From positions 128,001-192,000 of the forward strand of contig JAULAX010000018.1 of assembly GCA_032654565.1 (NCBI GenBank): DNA of 64,000 nt, in the 5' to 3' direction. Numbering within the stretch: position 1 is the stretch's first letter; every line of letters starts with the position of its first letter. Source of the stretch: Anaeromyxobacteraceae bacterium (GTDB taxonomy: Bacteria; Myxococcota; Myxococcia; Myxococcales; Anaeromyxobacteraceae). The position numbers were made by a program, and so were the translations under genes. This document shows, one piece after another, positions 18,168-28,644 of this stretch. The notes beneath the pieces were generated by a model. The model worked only from the letters and a program-made list of their open reading frames with translations. It was not told the origin of the DNA and ran no database searches.

Positions 18168-19225
18168 TGGCGGCGCTGCGGCAGGTGCTCCGCTCCTTCC
18201 TGCCCTTCCTGGTCGGCCTCCCGGTGCTCACCGGGTTCCAGTGGGCGCTGCAGGCGGCCGGCTCGCAGGCCTACACGCTGCTGCTGGTCACCGTGGGGGT
18301 GAACGTCATCCTGGCGGTCTCGCTCAACGTGGTGAACGGCGCCACCGGGCAGTTCTCGCTCGGCCACGCCGGCTTCATGGCGGTGGGGGCCTACACCGCC
18401 GCCAAGATCACCCTGGCGCTGGCCGGGATGAAGCTCTCCTTCCTGCCCGAGGCGGTCTCCGACCAGCTCTTCTTCGCGCTGGCGCTGGCGGCCGCCATGG
18501 CCGCGGCCGGGCTGGCCGGCGTGCTGGTCGGCCTGCCCTCGCTGCGGCTGCAGGGCGACTACCTGGCCATCGTCACCCTCGGCTTCGGCGAGATCATCCG
18601 CTCGGTGATCGAGAACATGCCCTCGCTGGGGCAGGCCACCGGCCTCTCCGGCCTGCCGCTCCGCACCAACCTGGTCTGGGTGGGGGTCTCGGCGCTGGCC
18701 ACCGTGGTGATGGCGCGGCGGCTGGCGGTCTCCACCCAGGGGCGGGCCCTCTTCGCCATCCGCGAGGACGAGGTGGCGGCCGAGGCCATGGGCGTCGACA
18801 CCACCGGCTACAAGGTGCGGGCCTTCGTGATCTCGGCGGCCTACGCCGGGCTGGCCGGGGCCCTCATCTCCCACGCCATCCTGCTGGCCACGCCGCGGAT
18901 GTTCACCTTCGTCCGCTCCATCGAGGTGGTGGTGATGATCGTGCTGGGCGGCCTCGGCTCGATCACCGGGGCCGTGCTCTCGGCGGTGGTCCTGACCCTG
19001 GGGCTGGAGGCGCTGCGCGAGTTCCAGGCCTACCGGATGGTGGTCTACGCGGCGCTGCTCATCGTCCTGATGCTGCTCCGGCCGCAGGGGATCTTCGGGA
19101 CCCACGAGCTCTGGGACCTGCCGCTCTTCAGGCGCCGCCGCGCGCCGGCGCCCCCGGGGGCCGGGGGCGGCGCGGCCGGTGGACCGGTGCTGCCGGGCGC
19201 CGCGGGCGCGGGGGGCGGGTCGTGA
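18167..19225 (+). CDS. livM: BCAA ABC permease
   Basis: GTG overlapping livH stop; GQFSLGHAGF, LRLQGDYLAIVTLGFGEI, AIREDEVAAEAMG. Confidence 0.92.
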   Translation: MAALRQVLRSFLPFLVGLPVLTGFQWALQAAGSQAYTLLLVTVGVNVILAVSLNVVNGATGQFSLGHAGFMAVGAYTAAKITLALAGMKLSFLPEAVSDQLFFALALAAAMAAAGLAGVLVGLPSLRLQGDYLAIVTLGFGEIIRSVIENMPSLGQATGLSGLPLRTNLVWVGVSALATVVMARRLAVSTQGRALFAIREDEVAAEAMGVDTTGYKVRAFVISAAYAGLAGALISHAILLATPRMFTFVRSIEVVVMIVLGGLGSITGAVLSAVVLTLGLEALREFQAYRMVVYAALLIVLMLLRPQGIFGTHELWDLPLFRRRRAPAPPGAGGGAAGGPVLPGAAGAGGGS

Positions 19226-20033
19226 GCGACGCCGCGCTGGAGGTGAGCGGCGTCACCATGCGCTTCGGGGGGCTGAAGGCGCTGGCCGACTTCAACCTGG
19301 CGCTGCGGCCGGGCGAGCTGGTGGGGCTGATCGGCCCCAACGGCGCCGGCAAGACCACCGCCTTCAACGCCATCACCGGCGTCTACCAGCCCAGCGAGGG
19401 CGAGGTCCGGGTCTGCGGCGAGCGGGTCAACGGCCGGCGCCCCCACCAGATCTGCGCCAGCGGCGTGGCCCGGACCTTCCAGAACATCCGGCTCTTCCGC
19501 GAGCTGACCGCGCTCGACAACGTCCGGGTGGCCTGCCACGCCCGCGCCACCAGCGGCTTCTTCGACGCCCTGCTGCTCACCGGCCGCCACCTGCGCGAGG
19601 AGGCGCGCATCCTGGCCCGCGCCGAGGAGTACCTGGAGGTGATGGGGCTCTCGCAGCGGCGCGACGAGCTCTCGCGCAACCTCCCCTACGGCGAGCAGCG
19701 CCGGCTGGAGATCGCCCGGGCCCTGGCCACCGGCCCCCGGGTGCTCTGCCTCGACGAGCCGGCCGCCGGCATGAACGCCGCCGAGAAGGTGGAGCTGATG
19801 GAGCTGATCCGGTCGATCCGCGACCGCTTCGGCATCGCCATCCTGGTCATCGAGCACGACATGCGGCTGGTGATGGGCGTCTCCGAGCGGCTGCTGGTGC
19901 TCGACCACGGGGTCACCATCGCCGCCGGCACCCCGGCCGAGGTGCGGGCCAACCCCAAGGTGATCGAGGCCTACCTGGGCGACGCCTACCTGGAGGAGAA
20001 GCAGATGGCCGTGCCGGTCCCGGGGGGCTCGCC

Positions 20034-20037
<4 letters not shown>
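19222..20037 (+). CDS. livG: BCAA ABC ATPase
   Basis: GPNGAGKTT, ARTFQNIRLF, LPYGEQRRLEIARAL, EAYLG. Confidence 0.93.
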
Positions 20038-20750
<713 letters not shown>

Positions 20751-20784
20751 GCCGCGCCCGCCCCGCCCCGCCCCGAGCCGCGCC

Positions 20785-21675
20785 GTGACCACCCCCGCCA
20801 GCCGCCAGCAGTCGTTGGGCGTGGCCGCGGCGGCGGCGGCCTACCTGATCTGGGGGCTCTTCCCGCTCTACTTCCACGCGCTCCAGGGCGTTCCGGCCGG
20901 CGAGGTGCTGGCCCACCGGGTGGCCTGGAGCGCGCTCTTCATGGCGGCGCTGGTCACCGGGCTGCGCCGCTGGCCCACGGTGCTGGTCCAGCTGAGGCGC
21001 CCCGGGGCGATGCGGACGCTCACCGCCAGCGCGCTCTTCATCTCCACCAACTGGCTGGTCTACATCTGGTCGGTGCAGTCGGGGCGGGTGCTCGAGGCCA
21101 GCCTGGGCTACTTCATCACCCCGCTGGTCTCGGTGCTGCTCGGCGTGGTCTTCCTGCGCGAGCCGCTGAGCCGGCGGCAGGTGGCGGCGGTGCTGCTGGC
21201 GGCGGCCGGCGTGCTCTGGCTGGTGGTCCGGGCGGGGAAGGTGCCCTGGGTGTCGCTGACGCTGGCCGGCTCGTTCGGGCTCTACGGGCTGCTCCGCAAG
21301 CAGCTGGCGGTGGACGCCATCGCCGGGCTGCTGGCCGAGGTGGCGGTGCTGGCGCCGCTGGCGGTGGCCTGGCTGGCCTGGCTCTGGTGGCGCGGGGAAG
21401 GCCACCTGCTCGGCGCCGGGCCGGCCATCACCACGCTGCTCCTGCTGACCGGCGTGGTGACGGCGGTGCCGCTGCTGCTCTTCGCGGTGGGGGTGCGGCG
21501 GCTCACCCTGGCCACCGTGGGGCTGCTGCTCTACGTCAACCCCACCACCCAGTTCGCCCTGGCGGTGTGGCGCTTCGACGAGCCCTTCACGGCGGCGCAC
21601 GCCGTCGCCTTCGGGTGCATCTGGGTGTCACTGGCCGTGTACAGCAGCGAGGCGCTGCTGCGACGGTCGAGCTAG
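20785..21675 (+). CDS. rarD: EamA-family transporter RarD
   Basis: YLIWGLFPLYF, LAHRVAWS, NWLVYIW, EASLGYFI. Confidence 0.9.
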   Translation: MTTPASRQQSLGVAAAAAAYLIWGLFPLYFHALQGVPAGEVLAHRVAWSALFMAALVTGLRRWPTVLVQLRRPGAMRTLTASALFISTNWLVYIWSVQSGRVLEASLGYFITPLVSVLLGVVFLREPLSRRQVAAVLLAAAGVLWLVVRAGKVPWVSLTLAGSFGLYGLLRKQLAVDAIAGLLAEVAVLAPLAVAWLAWLWWRGEGHLLGAGPAITTLLLLTGVVTAVPLLLFAVGVRRLTLATVGLLLYVNPTTQFALAVWRFDEPFTAAHAVAFGCIWVSLAVYSSEALLRRSS

Positions 21676-21694
21676 CGCCCACTCGCCGGGCCAC

Positions 21695-22456
21695 TCAAGG
21701 CTGGCTGGCCGGCCCGCCGAGCGCCGCCCGCATCCCGGCGGCGGCCTGGGCCATGGCCTCGGCCCCGCGCTCCAGCTTGAAGGGGCCGGAGCGGGTGAGG
21801 CCGTGGAGGGCGACGGCGACCAGGCCGGGGCGGTCGGGGACGGCGAGCGCCGGGCTGCCGGCGCGGCGCCACGGGGAGCGCGAGGTGAGGTGGTGGTAGA
21901 GGAGGCGCGGCGGAGGCTCGCCGGGCCCGGCCACGGGCGCGCCGGCCAGGCCGTGGCGGTCGGCGACGCCGCCGTCGAGCAGCCAGCGCCCGCCCAGCCG
22001 GACCGGCTGGAAGAGGAAGGGGACGGCGCTGGAGGCCTGGATGGCCGGGGCCAGCGGGCCGTGCCGGAGGACCACCGTCTGGCGGGCCAGCGGGTCCCAG
22101 GCGGAGACGGCAAGTGGCCGAGAACAGGCCTCGAATGTCCTGACCGGGAGTAATTCATCGAGCCGGGTCCGGAAGCGGCCTCCCCGCAGCAAACCGAGCC
22201 CCAAACGGGGGTCCCAGAAGTCGCCGCGGCGGAGGGCGAGCAGCCGCTCGCGGATGACGGCGGCCGGGAGCCCGGCGGCGAAGAGGCCGCCCACCAGCGC
22301 CCCCGCCGAGGAGCCGCAGAGCGCCGAGGGGAGCAGGCCCTCGTCCTCCAGGACGCCGAGCACCCCGGCGTGGGCGAAGAAGCCGAAGAAGCCGGAGGAG
22401 AGGGCCAGCGTGTACGGGCCGGCCGCCAGCCACTCACGCAGCGTGCGCGTCGCCAT
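21695..22456 (-). CDS. Patatin-like phospholipase
   Basis: [21 protein letters not shown]. Confidence 0.88.
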   Translation of the reverse strand: MATRTLREWLAAGPYTLALSSGFFGFFAHAGVLGVLEDEGLLPSALCGSSAGALVGGLFAAGLPAAVIRERLLALRRGDFWDPRLGLGLLRGGRFRTRLDELLPVRTFEACSRPLAVSAWDPLARQTVVLRHGPLAPAIQASSAVPFLFQPVRLGGRWLLDGGVADRHGLAGAPVAGPGEPPPRLLYHHLTSRSPWRRAGSPALAVPDRPGLVAVALHGLTRSGPFKLERGAEAMAQAAAGMRAALGGPASQP

Positions 22457-23684
22457 CGGCCCCCTCCGGTGCCAGGCGGCGGAGGCGTCGCAGCGCCGGG
22501 GAGCGCCAGGCCACCAGCGCCACCGTCACCAGCGTCAGGGATCCGCCGAAGAGGATGGACGGGACCACGCCGAGGAAGCGCGCCGCCACGCCGCTCTCGA
22601 AGGCCCCCAGCTCGTTCGAGGAGCCGATGAAGAAGCTGTTGACGGCCGCCACCCGCCCCATCATCTCCTGCGGCGTCCAGAGCTGCACCAGCGTGCCCCG
22701 CAGGATCACCGAGACCCCGTCGAGCGCGCCGCCCACGGCCAGCAGCGCCAGCGAGAGGGCGAAGGAGCGGGAGAGGGCGAAGGCCATCCAGCTCAACCCG
22801 AAGCCGGCCACGCACCAGAGCAGGACGCGGCCGGCGCGATCGAAGGAGCCGAAGCGGGCCAGCAGCAGCGCCATGACGATGGAGCCGAAGGCCGGCGCGG
22901 CCCGCAGGAAGCCGAAGCCGACCTCCCCCACCGCGAGGATGTCGCGGGCGAACACCGGCAGCAGGGCCACGGCGCCGCCGAAGAGGACGGCGAAGAGGTC
23001 GAGGCTGAGGGCACCGAGCAGGATGGGCTGGGCGAAGACGAAGCGGATCCCCTCGGAGAGGCCGGCGCCGATGGTGCCGCCGCTGGCCGGCTGCCGCGGG
23101 CGCGGCGCGATGGTGGCCATCAGGAGCAGGCCGACCGCCGAGAGGACCACCACCACGGCGTAGGCGAGGCGGGGGCCGCCGAGCGCGATCAGGCCGCCGC
23201 CCACGGCCGGGCCGAGCACCATGGCGGCGTGGAAGAGCGAGGAGCGCCAGGAGGCGGCGTTCTGGTAGTGCTCGCGGGGGACCAGCTCGGTGCCGAGCGC
23301 GGCCGAGGCGGGGCGGAAGAAGGCGCGGCCGACGCCGGCCAGGACCTGGGCGCCGTAGAGCGGGAGCACCGGCCCGGGCGCGCCCAGCGAGAGCAGCAGG
23401 AGGGCGAGGCCGGAGAGGCCGACGGCGCCGAAGGAGAGGAGGGAGATGCGGCGGCGGTCGGTCCGGTCGGCGGCCCAGCCGCCCACCAGCGTCAGGGCCA
23501 GGAAGGGGACGGCCTCGGCCAGGCCGACCAGGCCGAGCGCGAAGGGGTCGTTGGTGAGGATGTAGACCTGCCAGCCGAGCACGGCGCTCTGGATCTGCGT
23601 GGCCACGAAGATGGCGGTCATGGCCGCCAGGAAGGCGCGGTACTCCACGAAGCGGAGCGAGGCGTAGGGGTCGGCGGGGCGCAG
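22434..23684 (-). CDS. MFS transporter; start uncertain (possibly CTG)
   Basis: Multi-TM profile, [34 protein letters not shown]. Confidence 0.85.
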   Translation of the reverse strand: MRPADPYASLRFVEYRAFLAAMTAIFVATQIQSAVLGWQVYILTNDPFALGLVGLAEAVPFLALTLVGGWAADRTDRRRISLLSFGAVGLSGLALLLLSLGAPGPVLPLYGAQVLAGVGRAFFRPASAALGTELVPREHYQNAASWRSSLFHAAMVLGPAVGGGLIALGGPRLAYAVVVVLSAVGLLLMATIAPRPRQPASGGTIGAGLSEGIRFVFAQPILLGALSLDLFAVLFGGAVALLPVFARDILAVGEVGFGFLRAAPAFGSIVMALLLARFGSFDRAGRVLLWCVAGFGLSWMAFALSRSFALSLALLAVGGALDGVSVILRGTLVQLWTPQEMMGRVAAVNSFFIGSSNELGAFESGVAARFLGVVPSILFGGSLTLVTVALVAWRSPALRRLRRLAPEGADGDAHAA

Positions 23685-23698
23685 GCGGGAGGGATGGT

Positions 23699-23733
23699 GC
23701 GGGGGGCGGGCCGTGCGGTCAAGCCCGCGCTCT
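23699..23733. repeat. 35-bp direct repeat, copy 1 (contains MFS -35 TTGACC on minus strand)
   Basis: GCGGGGGGCGGGCCGTGCGGTCAAGCCCGCGCTCT, identical to 25066-25100. Confidence 0.95.
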
Positions 23734-23868
23734 ACGCCTCCCGCCTCCCGTCCCAGCGCCTCCCGTCCCAGAGTAGTTCGGCGTAGTTCGGCGGACCAAG
23801 GTCCGCGGGACGGCCGGGGTGGGGTGGGCGGCGGTGAGGCAAGTGGCCGGAATCGCGAGCGGAGGCAT

Positions 23869-23883
23869 TGGCACGGGTCCTGC
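23869..23883 (+). promoter_or_regulatory. Sigma54-type -24/-12 promoter
   Basis: TGGCACGGGTCCTGC versus consensus TGGCACG-N4-TTGC, 16 bp before ATG 23900. Confidence 0.65.
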
Positions 23884-23899
23884 GATGTAGCCCCAGGCC

Positions 23900-24802
23900 A
23901 TGACCGCGCCACGCCAGGTGCTCCCGGGCACCACCTACCTCATCACCCGCCGGTGCCTGAACCGGCAGTTCTTCCTGCGCCCCTCGAAGGCCACCAACCA
24001 GCTCGTCGGCTTCCTCCTCGCCGTCGCCGCCGAGCGCTTCCACGTCGAGGTCCACGCCTTCTGCGTGATGTCCAACCACCTCCACCTCGTGGTCACCGAC
24101 CCCGACGCCTGCCTCCCCGCCTTCGGCAGGTTCCTCGACTCGCTCATCGGCCGCTCCATGAACGCCATGCTGGGGCGCCAGGAATACTTCTGGGGGCCGC
24201 CCACCTTCAGCGCCGTCGCCCTGCAGTCCCCGGCCGACGTCCTCGACAAGGTCGCCTACACCCTCGCCAACCCGGTCAAGGCCGGCCTGGTCCGCCGCGG
24301 ACGGCTCTGGCCGGGGCTCTGGTCCGCCCCGGACCAGATGGGCGCCGCGCCCCTCGAGTTCACCAGGCCCTCCTCCTTCTTCCGGCGGGCCGGCCAGGGG
24401 TCCCTTCCCGACCGGGCCTCCCTGCGGCTCGTCATCCCCACGGGCTTCGACTCTCCGGCCCACTTCCGCCGCTCCCTCCACGCCGCCCTCGCCGACCGGG
24501 AGCAAGCCGCCTCTGCCCACCTCGCCTCGCGCGGGCGTGGCTTCCTCGGCGTCCAGCGCGTGCTCGCACAGCGCCCCTTCGACAGGCCTCCCACCAGGGA
24601 GCCCCTCGGAGGGCTCAACCCGCGCGTCGCCAGCCACGACACCTGGCGTCGCGTCCAGGCCCTCCGCGCCCTCGGCTCCTTCATCCAGGACTACCGCCGC
24701 GCCTTCGACCGCTGGCGGGCCGGCTCCTCCGGCGTCCTCTTCCCCGCCGGCACCTACCTCATGCGCGTCCTCCACCGCGCCCCCTGCCTCGCCCCTGGCT
24801 GA
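23900..24802 (+). CDS. RAYT-like HUH/Y1 transposase with C-terminal extension
   Basis: TYLITRRC, HUH motif MSNHLHL, candidate catalytic Tyr in AYTLANPVKAGLV, C-terminal FPAGTY; intact 300 aa. Confidence 0.88.
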   Translation: MTAPRQVLPGTTYLITRRCLNRQFFLRPSKATNQLVGFLLAVAAERFHVEVHAFCVMSNHLHLVVTDPDACLPAFGRFLDSLIGRSMNAMLGRQEYFWGPPTFSAVALQSPADVLDKVAYTLANPVKAGLVRRGRLWPGLWSAPDQMGAAPLEFTRPSSFFRRAGQGSLPDRASLRLVIPTGFDSPAHFRRSLHAALADREQAASAHLASRGRGFLGVQRVLAQRPFDRPPTREPLGGLNPRVASHDTWRRVQALRALGSFIQDYRRAFDRWRAGSSGVLFPAGTYLMRVLHRAPCLAPG

Positions 24803-25065
24803 CTCACCACCCCGTCAGCTTCCCCCACTCAGCCTCGTCACCACGTCAGTCGTCTCCGGCCGCGGTCGGGGACTGCCTGGGGACGGCCGAAGGCGCCGCA
24901 CGACTGGTGGCTGGATGACATCCGGGCACCTCTGAGTCCTGCTTGGATGCCTCCCGTATCCGACTGGGCGACGCCTCCGGACCCTGCGGCCGGAATCCCT
25001 CCCCGGCAGCCGGGTCCACGAGCGAGTTGACTCGAATCTTGGCGAACTACTCTCGGTCGGGATTC

Positions 25066-25100
25066 GCGGGGGGCGGGCCGTGCGGTCAAGCCCGCGCTCT
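25066..25100. repeat. 35-bp direct repeat, copy 2 (promoter region of helicase gene)
   Basis: Identical to 23699-23733. Confidence 0.95.
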
Positions 25101-25114
25101 GCTACAAGGGCCTC

Positions 25115-27253
25115 GTGAGCGCCCCCGACTTCGCCTCTCTCGCAGCACATCCGGCCCTCCAGCGCGCGCTCGCGGCCCACGGCTACGCCGAGCCGACCCC
25201 GGTGCAGGCCGGCGTGCTCGACCCGGCGCTGCGCGGCAAGGACCTGCTGGTCTCCTCGCGGACCGGCTCCGGGAAGACGGTCGCCTTCGGCCTGGTCATG
25301 GCCGAGACCCTGCTGGGCGATGCCCCCACCTTCGGCCGCGGCGGCCCGCCGCTCGGGCTGGTGATCGCCCCGACTCGCGAGCTGGCCGTGCAGGTGCAGC
25401 GTGAGCTGGCCTGGCTCTTCGGCCCGGCCGGCGGCGTGGTCACCGCCTGCGTCGGCGGGCTCGACCCGCGGCGCGAGGCCCAGGCGCTTCGGGCCGGCGT
25501 CCACCTGGTGGTCGGCACCCCGGGGCGGCTCGTCGACCACATCGAGCGCAAGGTGCTCGACCTCTCGGCGCTCGGCGCGCTGGTGCTCGACGAGGCCGAC
25601 GAGATGCTCGACATGGGCTTCCGCGAGGAGCTCGAGGCCATCCTGAAGGCGGCGCCGAAGCAGCGCCGCACCATCCTCTTCTCGGCGACGCTGCCGAAGC
25701 CGATCGTCGAGCTGGCCAGGGCCTACACCCGCGAGCCGGTGCGGGTCACCGCCACGCCGCCCAAGCAGGCCCACGAGGACATCACCTACCGGGCCCACGT
25801 GGTGGCCCAGCGCGAGCGCGAGCACGCCATCGTCAACGTGCTGCGGGCGCTCGAGCCGGCCAGCGCCCTGGTCTTCCGGGCCCGGCGCGACCTGGTCACC
25901 CACACCGCCGCCTCGCTGAGCGAGCGCGGCTTCGAGACCGTGGCCATCTCCGGCGAGCTGACCCAGTCGGAGCGGCTGCGGGCCCTGAAGTCGCTGCGCG
26001 ACGGCCGGGCCCGGGTGCTGGTGGCCACCGACGTGGCGGCGCGCGGCCTCGACCTGCCGGGCATCGAGCTGGTGCTCCACGCCGACCTGCCGCAGGACGC
26101 CTCGGCGCTGCAGCACCGCAGCGGCCGCACCGGGCGGGCCGGCAAGAAGGGCCAGGCGGTCCTGCTGGCCTCCCCGCAGGAGCGCCACAAGCTCGACCGG
26201 ATGCTGCGCGAGGCCGGGGTGACCCCGGAGTGGGCGCCGGTGCCGACCGCCGACCTGATCCGCCAGCAGGACGAGGCCCGCCTGGCCGCCGAGGTCTCGG
26301 GCGCCACCGCCGAGGCCCCCGAGGACGAGCTGGTCGCGGCCCGGGCGCTGCTGGCGGGGCGCGACCCGCTGGCGCTGGCCCTGGCGCTGCTGCGCCGGGC
26401 CCGGGCGTCGCTGCCGGCGCCCGAGGAGCTCCCCGAGACCGGCCGGGTGGCCAGCGAGGCGCCGCGCGGGCCACGTCCGGCGAGACCGGGTCCGCCGGTC
26501 GAGGCCACCTGGTTCCGCATCTCCATCGGGCGGGAGAAGAAGGCCGACCCGAAGTGGCTGCTGCCGCTCCTCTGCCGGCGCGGCGGCGTCACCCGCGACG
26601 AGATCGGGAAGATCGTCATCCTCGCCTCGGAGACCCGCTTCGAGGTGGCCACGGTGGCCGCCGCCCGCTTCGCCGCCGCGGCGCGGGTCCCGGATCCGCG
26701 CGCGCCGGGCATCCGCATCGAGCCGGCCCGTCCGCCCGGCGAGGTGCTGGCCACCCGTCCGCCCACCCCGCCCCGGCCGGTCGAGGTTCGGCCGGCCGGG
26801 CCGAATCCGGTCGAGCAGGAGAGCGCCGAGCCGGTGAAGGCCGCGCCGCGACCGTCCGCGCCACGGCCGTCCGGCTCGCGTCCGGCCGAGGATCGTCCGG
26901 CCGCGCCACGACCGTACGCGCCACGGCCGTCCGGCTCACGTCCGGCCGAGGATCGTCCGGCTGCGCCACGACCGTACGCGCCACGGCCGTCCGGCTCGCG
27001 TCCGGCCGAGGATCGTCCGGCCGCGCCGCGTCCGTACGCGCCACGGCCGTCCACCTCGCGTCCGGCCGAGCGACGCTCTGCGCCGTTCAGGCCGGCCCCT
27101 GACCAGTCCGGGTCGTTCAAGCCGGGGTCGCCGAAGTCCGGCGCCTCCAGGCCGGGCGGCTTCAAGCCCGGTCCGGCCAGGCCCGGGTCGCACAAGCCGC
27201 GCAGCGTCAGCGGCGAAGGGCACGCAGTGAAGCGCGGCCCGCGCGACGGCTAG
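25115..27253 (+). CDS. DEAD-box RNA helicase with DbpA-type RNA-binding domain and repetitive tail
   Basis: Q motif PTPVQ, TGSGKT, PTRELA, TPGRL, DEAD, SAT, ARGLD, HRSGRTGRAG. Confidence 0.95.
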   Translation: MSAPDFASLAAHPALQRALAAHGYAEPTPVQAGVLDPALRGKDLLVSSRTGSGKTVAFGLVMAETLLGDAPTFGRGGPPLGLVIAPTRELAVQVQRELAWLFGPAGGVVTACVGGLDPRREAQALRAGVHLVVGTPGRLVDHIERKVLDLSALGALVLDEADEMLDMGFREELEAILKAAPKQRRTILFSATLPKPIVELARAYTREPVRVTATPPKQAHEDITYRAHVVAQREREHAIVNVLRALEPASALVFRARRDLVTHTAASLSERGFETVAISGELTQSERLRALKSLRDGRARVLVATDVAARGLDLPGIELVLHADLPQDASALQHRSGRTGRAGKKGQAVLLASPQERHKLDRMLREAGVTPEWAPVPTADLIRQQDEARLAAEVSGATAEAPEDELVAARALLAGRDPLALALALLRRARASLPAPEELPETGRVASEAPRGPRPARPGPPVEATWFRISIGREKKADPKWLLPLLCRRGGVTRDEIGKIVILASETRFEVATVAAARFAAAARVPDPRAPGIRIEPARPPGEVLATRPPTPPRPVEVRPAGPNPVEQESAEPVKAAPRPSAPRPSGSRPAEDRPAAPRPYAPRPSGSRPAEDRPAAPRPYAPRPSGSRPAEDRPAAPRPYAPRPSTSRPAERRSAPFRPAPDQSGSFKPGSPKSGASRPGGFKPGPARPGSHKPRSVSGEGHAVKRGPRDG
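26839..27070 (+). repeat. 60-bp coding tandem repeat, about 4 copies
   Basis: Repeating AAPRPYAPRPSGSRPAEDRP; consecutive 60-nt lines align. Confidence 0.95.
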
Positions 27254-27265
27254 CAGAGCCGGCGG

Positions 27266-27880
27266 CTACGGCCGCCGCTTCCCGCCCTCGGCCTCGACCG
27301 CCGCCGCCAGCACCTCGTAGGGCTGGCAGCCGACCACCCGCCGCCCCCCTGCCAGCACCGTGGGGATGCCGGTGACCCCCATGCGCCGGGCCTCGGCCCC
27401 CATGGTCATGACCCGGGCCAGGTACTTCGGCTCGTCGAAGGCCTCCACCGCGGCCACCGGGTCGAGCCCCGCCGACCGCGCGCAGAGGGCCAGCACCTCG
27501 GGGTCCTCGACGTTCTGGCCGTGGCGCCAGGCCGCCTCCATGGCGGCGGCGCGGAACGGGTGGAGCCGCCCCTGGTCCCGGGCGTACTCGGCCACCGCCA
27601 GCACCCGGCGCGTGCTCGGCATCACCTCGCTGAAGGTCATGCCGGTGACGCCGAAGTCGGCGGCGAAGCGGGTCAGGTAGTCGTGCATGGCGCGGCTCCG
27701 CTCCTCACCGAAGACCTCGGCCAGCCGCCGCCCCCCGGGCGGCGTCCCCGGGTGGAGCTCGAAGCCCCGCCAGTCCAGCTCGATGTCGTACTCCTCCTGC
27801 AGCCTGAGCAGGGTGCTGGCCTCGGCGATGAAGCAGAAGGGGCAGACGATGTCGGAGTAGAGGGTGACCTTCAGCGACAT
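27266..27880 (-). CDS. DsbA/FrnE-family thioredoxin-fold protein
   Basis: YSDIVCPFCF, FELHP, GVTGIPT, GCQPYE. Confidence 0.88.
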   Translation of the reverse strand: MSLKVTLYSDIVCPFCFIAEASTLLRLQEEYDIELDWRGFELHPGTPPGGRRLAEVFGEERSRAMHDYLTRFAADFGVTGMTFSEVMPSTRRVLAVAEYARDQGRLHPFRAAAMEAAWRHGQNVEDPEVLALCARSAGLDPVAAVEAFDEPKYLARVMTMGAEARRMGVTGIPTVLAGGRRVVGCQPYEVLAAAVEAEGGKRRP

Positions 27881-27980
27881 GGACCCTGATGTAACGGCCC
27901 GCTGACACCGCCGCCACCCGTCGGGCCGCCGCCCGTCACGCCGCGCCCCGTCACGCCGCGCCCCGTCACGCCACCGGCCT

Positions 27981-28580
27981 TCAGGTCAGCAGCCCCAGCC
28001 GCGCCGCCTCCTCCGGGGTGTCGGCGTCGAGGAAGGCCCGCCCCTCCGGGTCGACCGCCCCCCACGCCTCGGCCTCGACCACCCGGGCCCCCACCGCCTC
28101 CGCCAGCCGCCGCAGCGAGCGCTCCCCGCCCGCCATGGCCCGCTCCACCGCCGGCAGCGACTCCCGCGCCCAGAGGGCGTGGAGCGGCTGGAGGTGGCCG
28201 TCCCAGCGCGGCACCACCGCCACCGCCCCGGCGCGGCGGCCGGCCAGGAGCCCGATCCCGGCGACGGAGAGGAAGGGCATGTCGCAGCCGGCGGTGAAGA
28301 CCCAGGGCGTCGCCGCCCCCTTCAGGGCGGCCTGCAGCCCGGCGGCGGGGCCGAGGCCGGCCTGCTCGTCGGCGACGCGGCGCACCGTGGTGCCGGCGTA
28401 CGCCTGCGGGTCGCCGACCACCAGCAGCGACTCGCCGAAGAGCCCGGCGAAGAGCTCCAGCGTCCGGTCCAGCAGCGGCCGCCCGTGGAGCCGCAGCAGC
28501 CCCTTCGGCGCCCCGCCCATCCGCGAGGAGCGCCCCCCGGCCAGGAGCGCGCCGGTGATGTCGGGGTAGGGGACGGCCAC
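27981..28580 (-). CDS. mobA: Molybdenum cofactor guanylyltransferase
   Basis: LAGGRSSRMG, GPAAGL, CDMPF, QPLHALW, DTPEE. Confidence 0.9.
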   Translation of the reverse strand: MAVPYPDITGALLAGGRSSRMGGAPKGLLRLHGRPLLDRTLELFAGLFGESLLVVGDPQAYAGTTVRRVADEQAGLGPAAGLQAALKGAATPWVFTAGCDMPFLSVAGIGLLAGRRAGAVAVVPRWDGHLQPLHALWARESLPAVERAMAGGERSLRRLAEAVGARVVEAEAWGAVDPEGRAFLDADTPEEAARLGLLT

Positions 28581-28644
28581 CGCCGGAGCCTAGCACCGCG
28601 GAGCGTGGACCCGGTTCGTCGATTCGTGTATGTCACGCGGTCCG

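Larger units (their letters stand above)
23734..25065 (+). mobile_element. Putative HUH/Y1 (RAYT-like) element
   Basis: Y1 gene, inverted repeats 23761-23780 and 25043-25062 (18/20), flanking 35-bp direct repeats. Confidence 0.7.
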
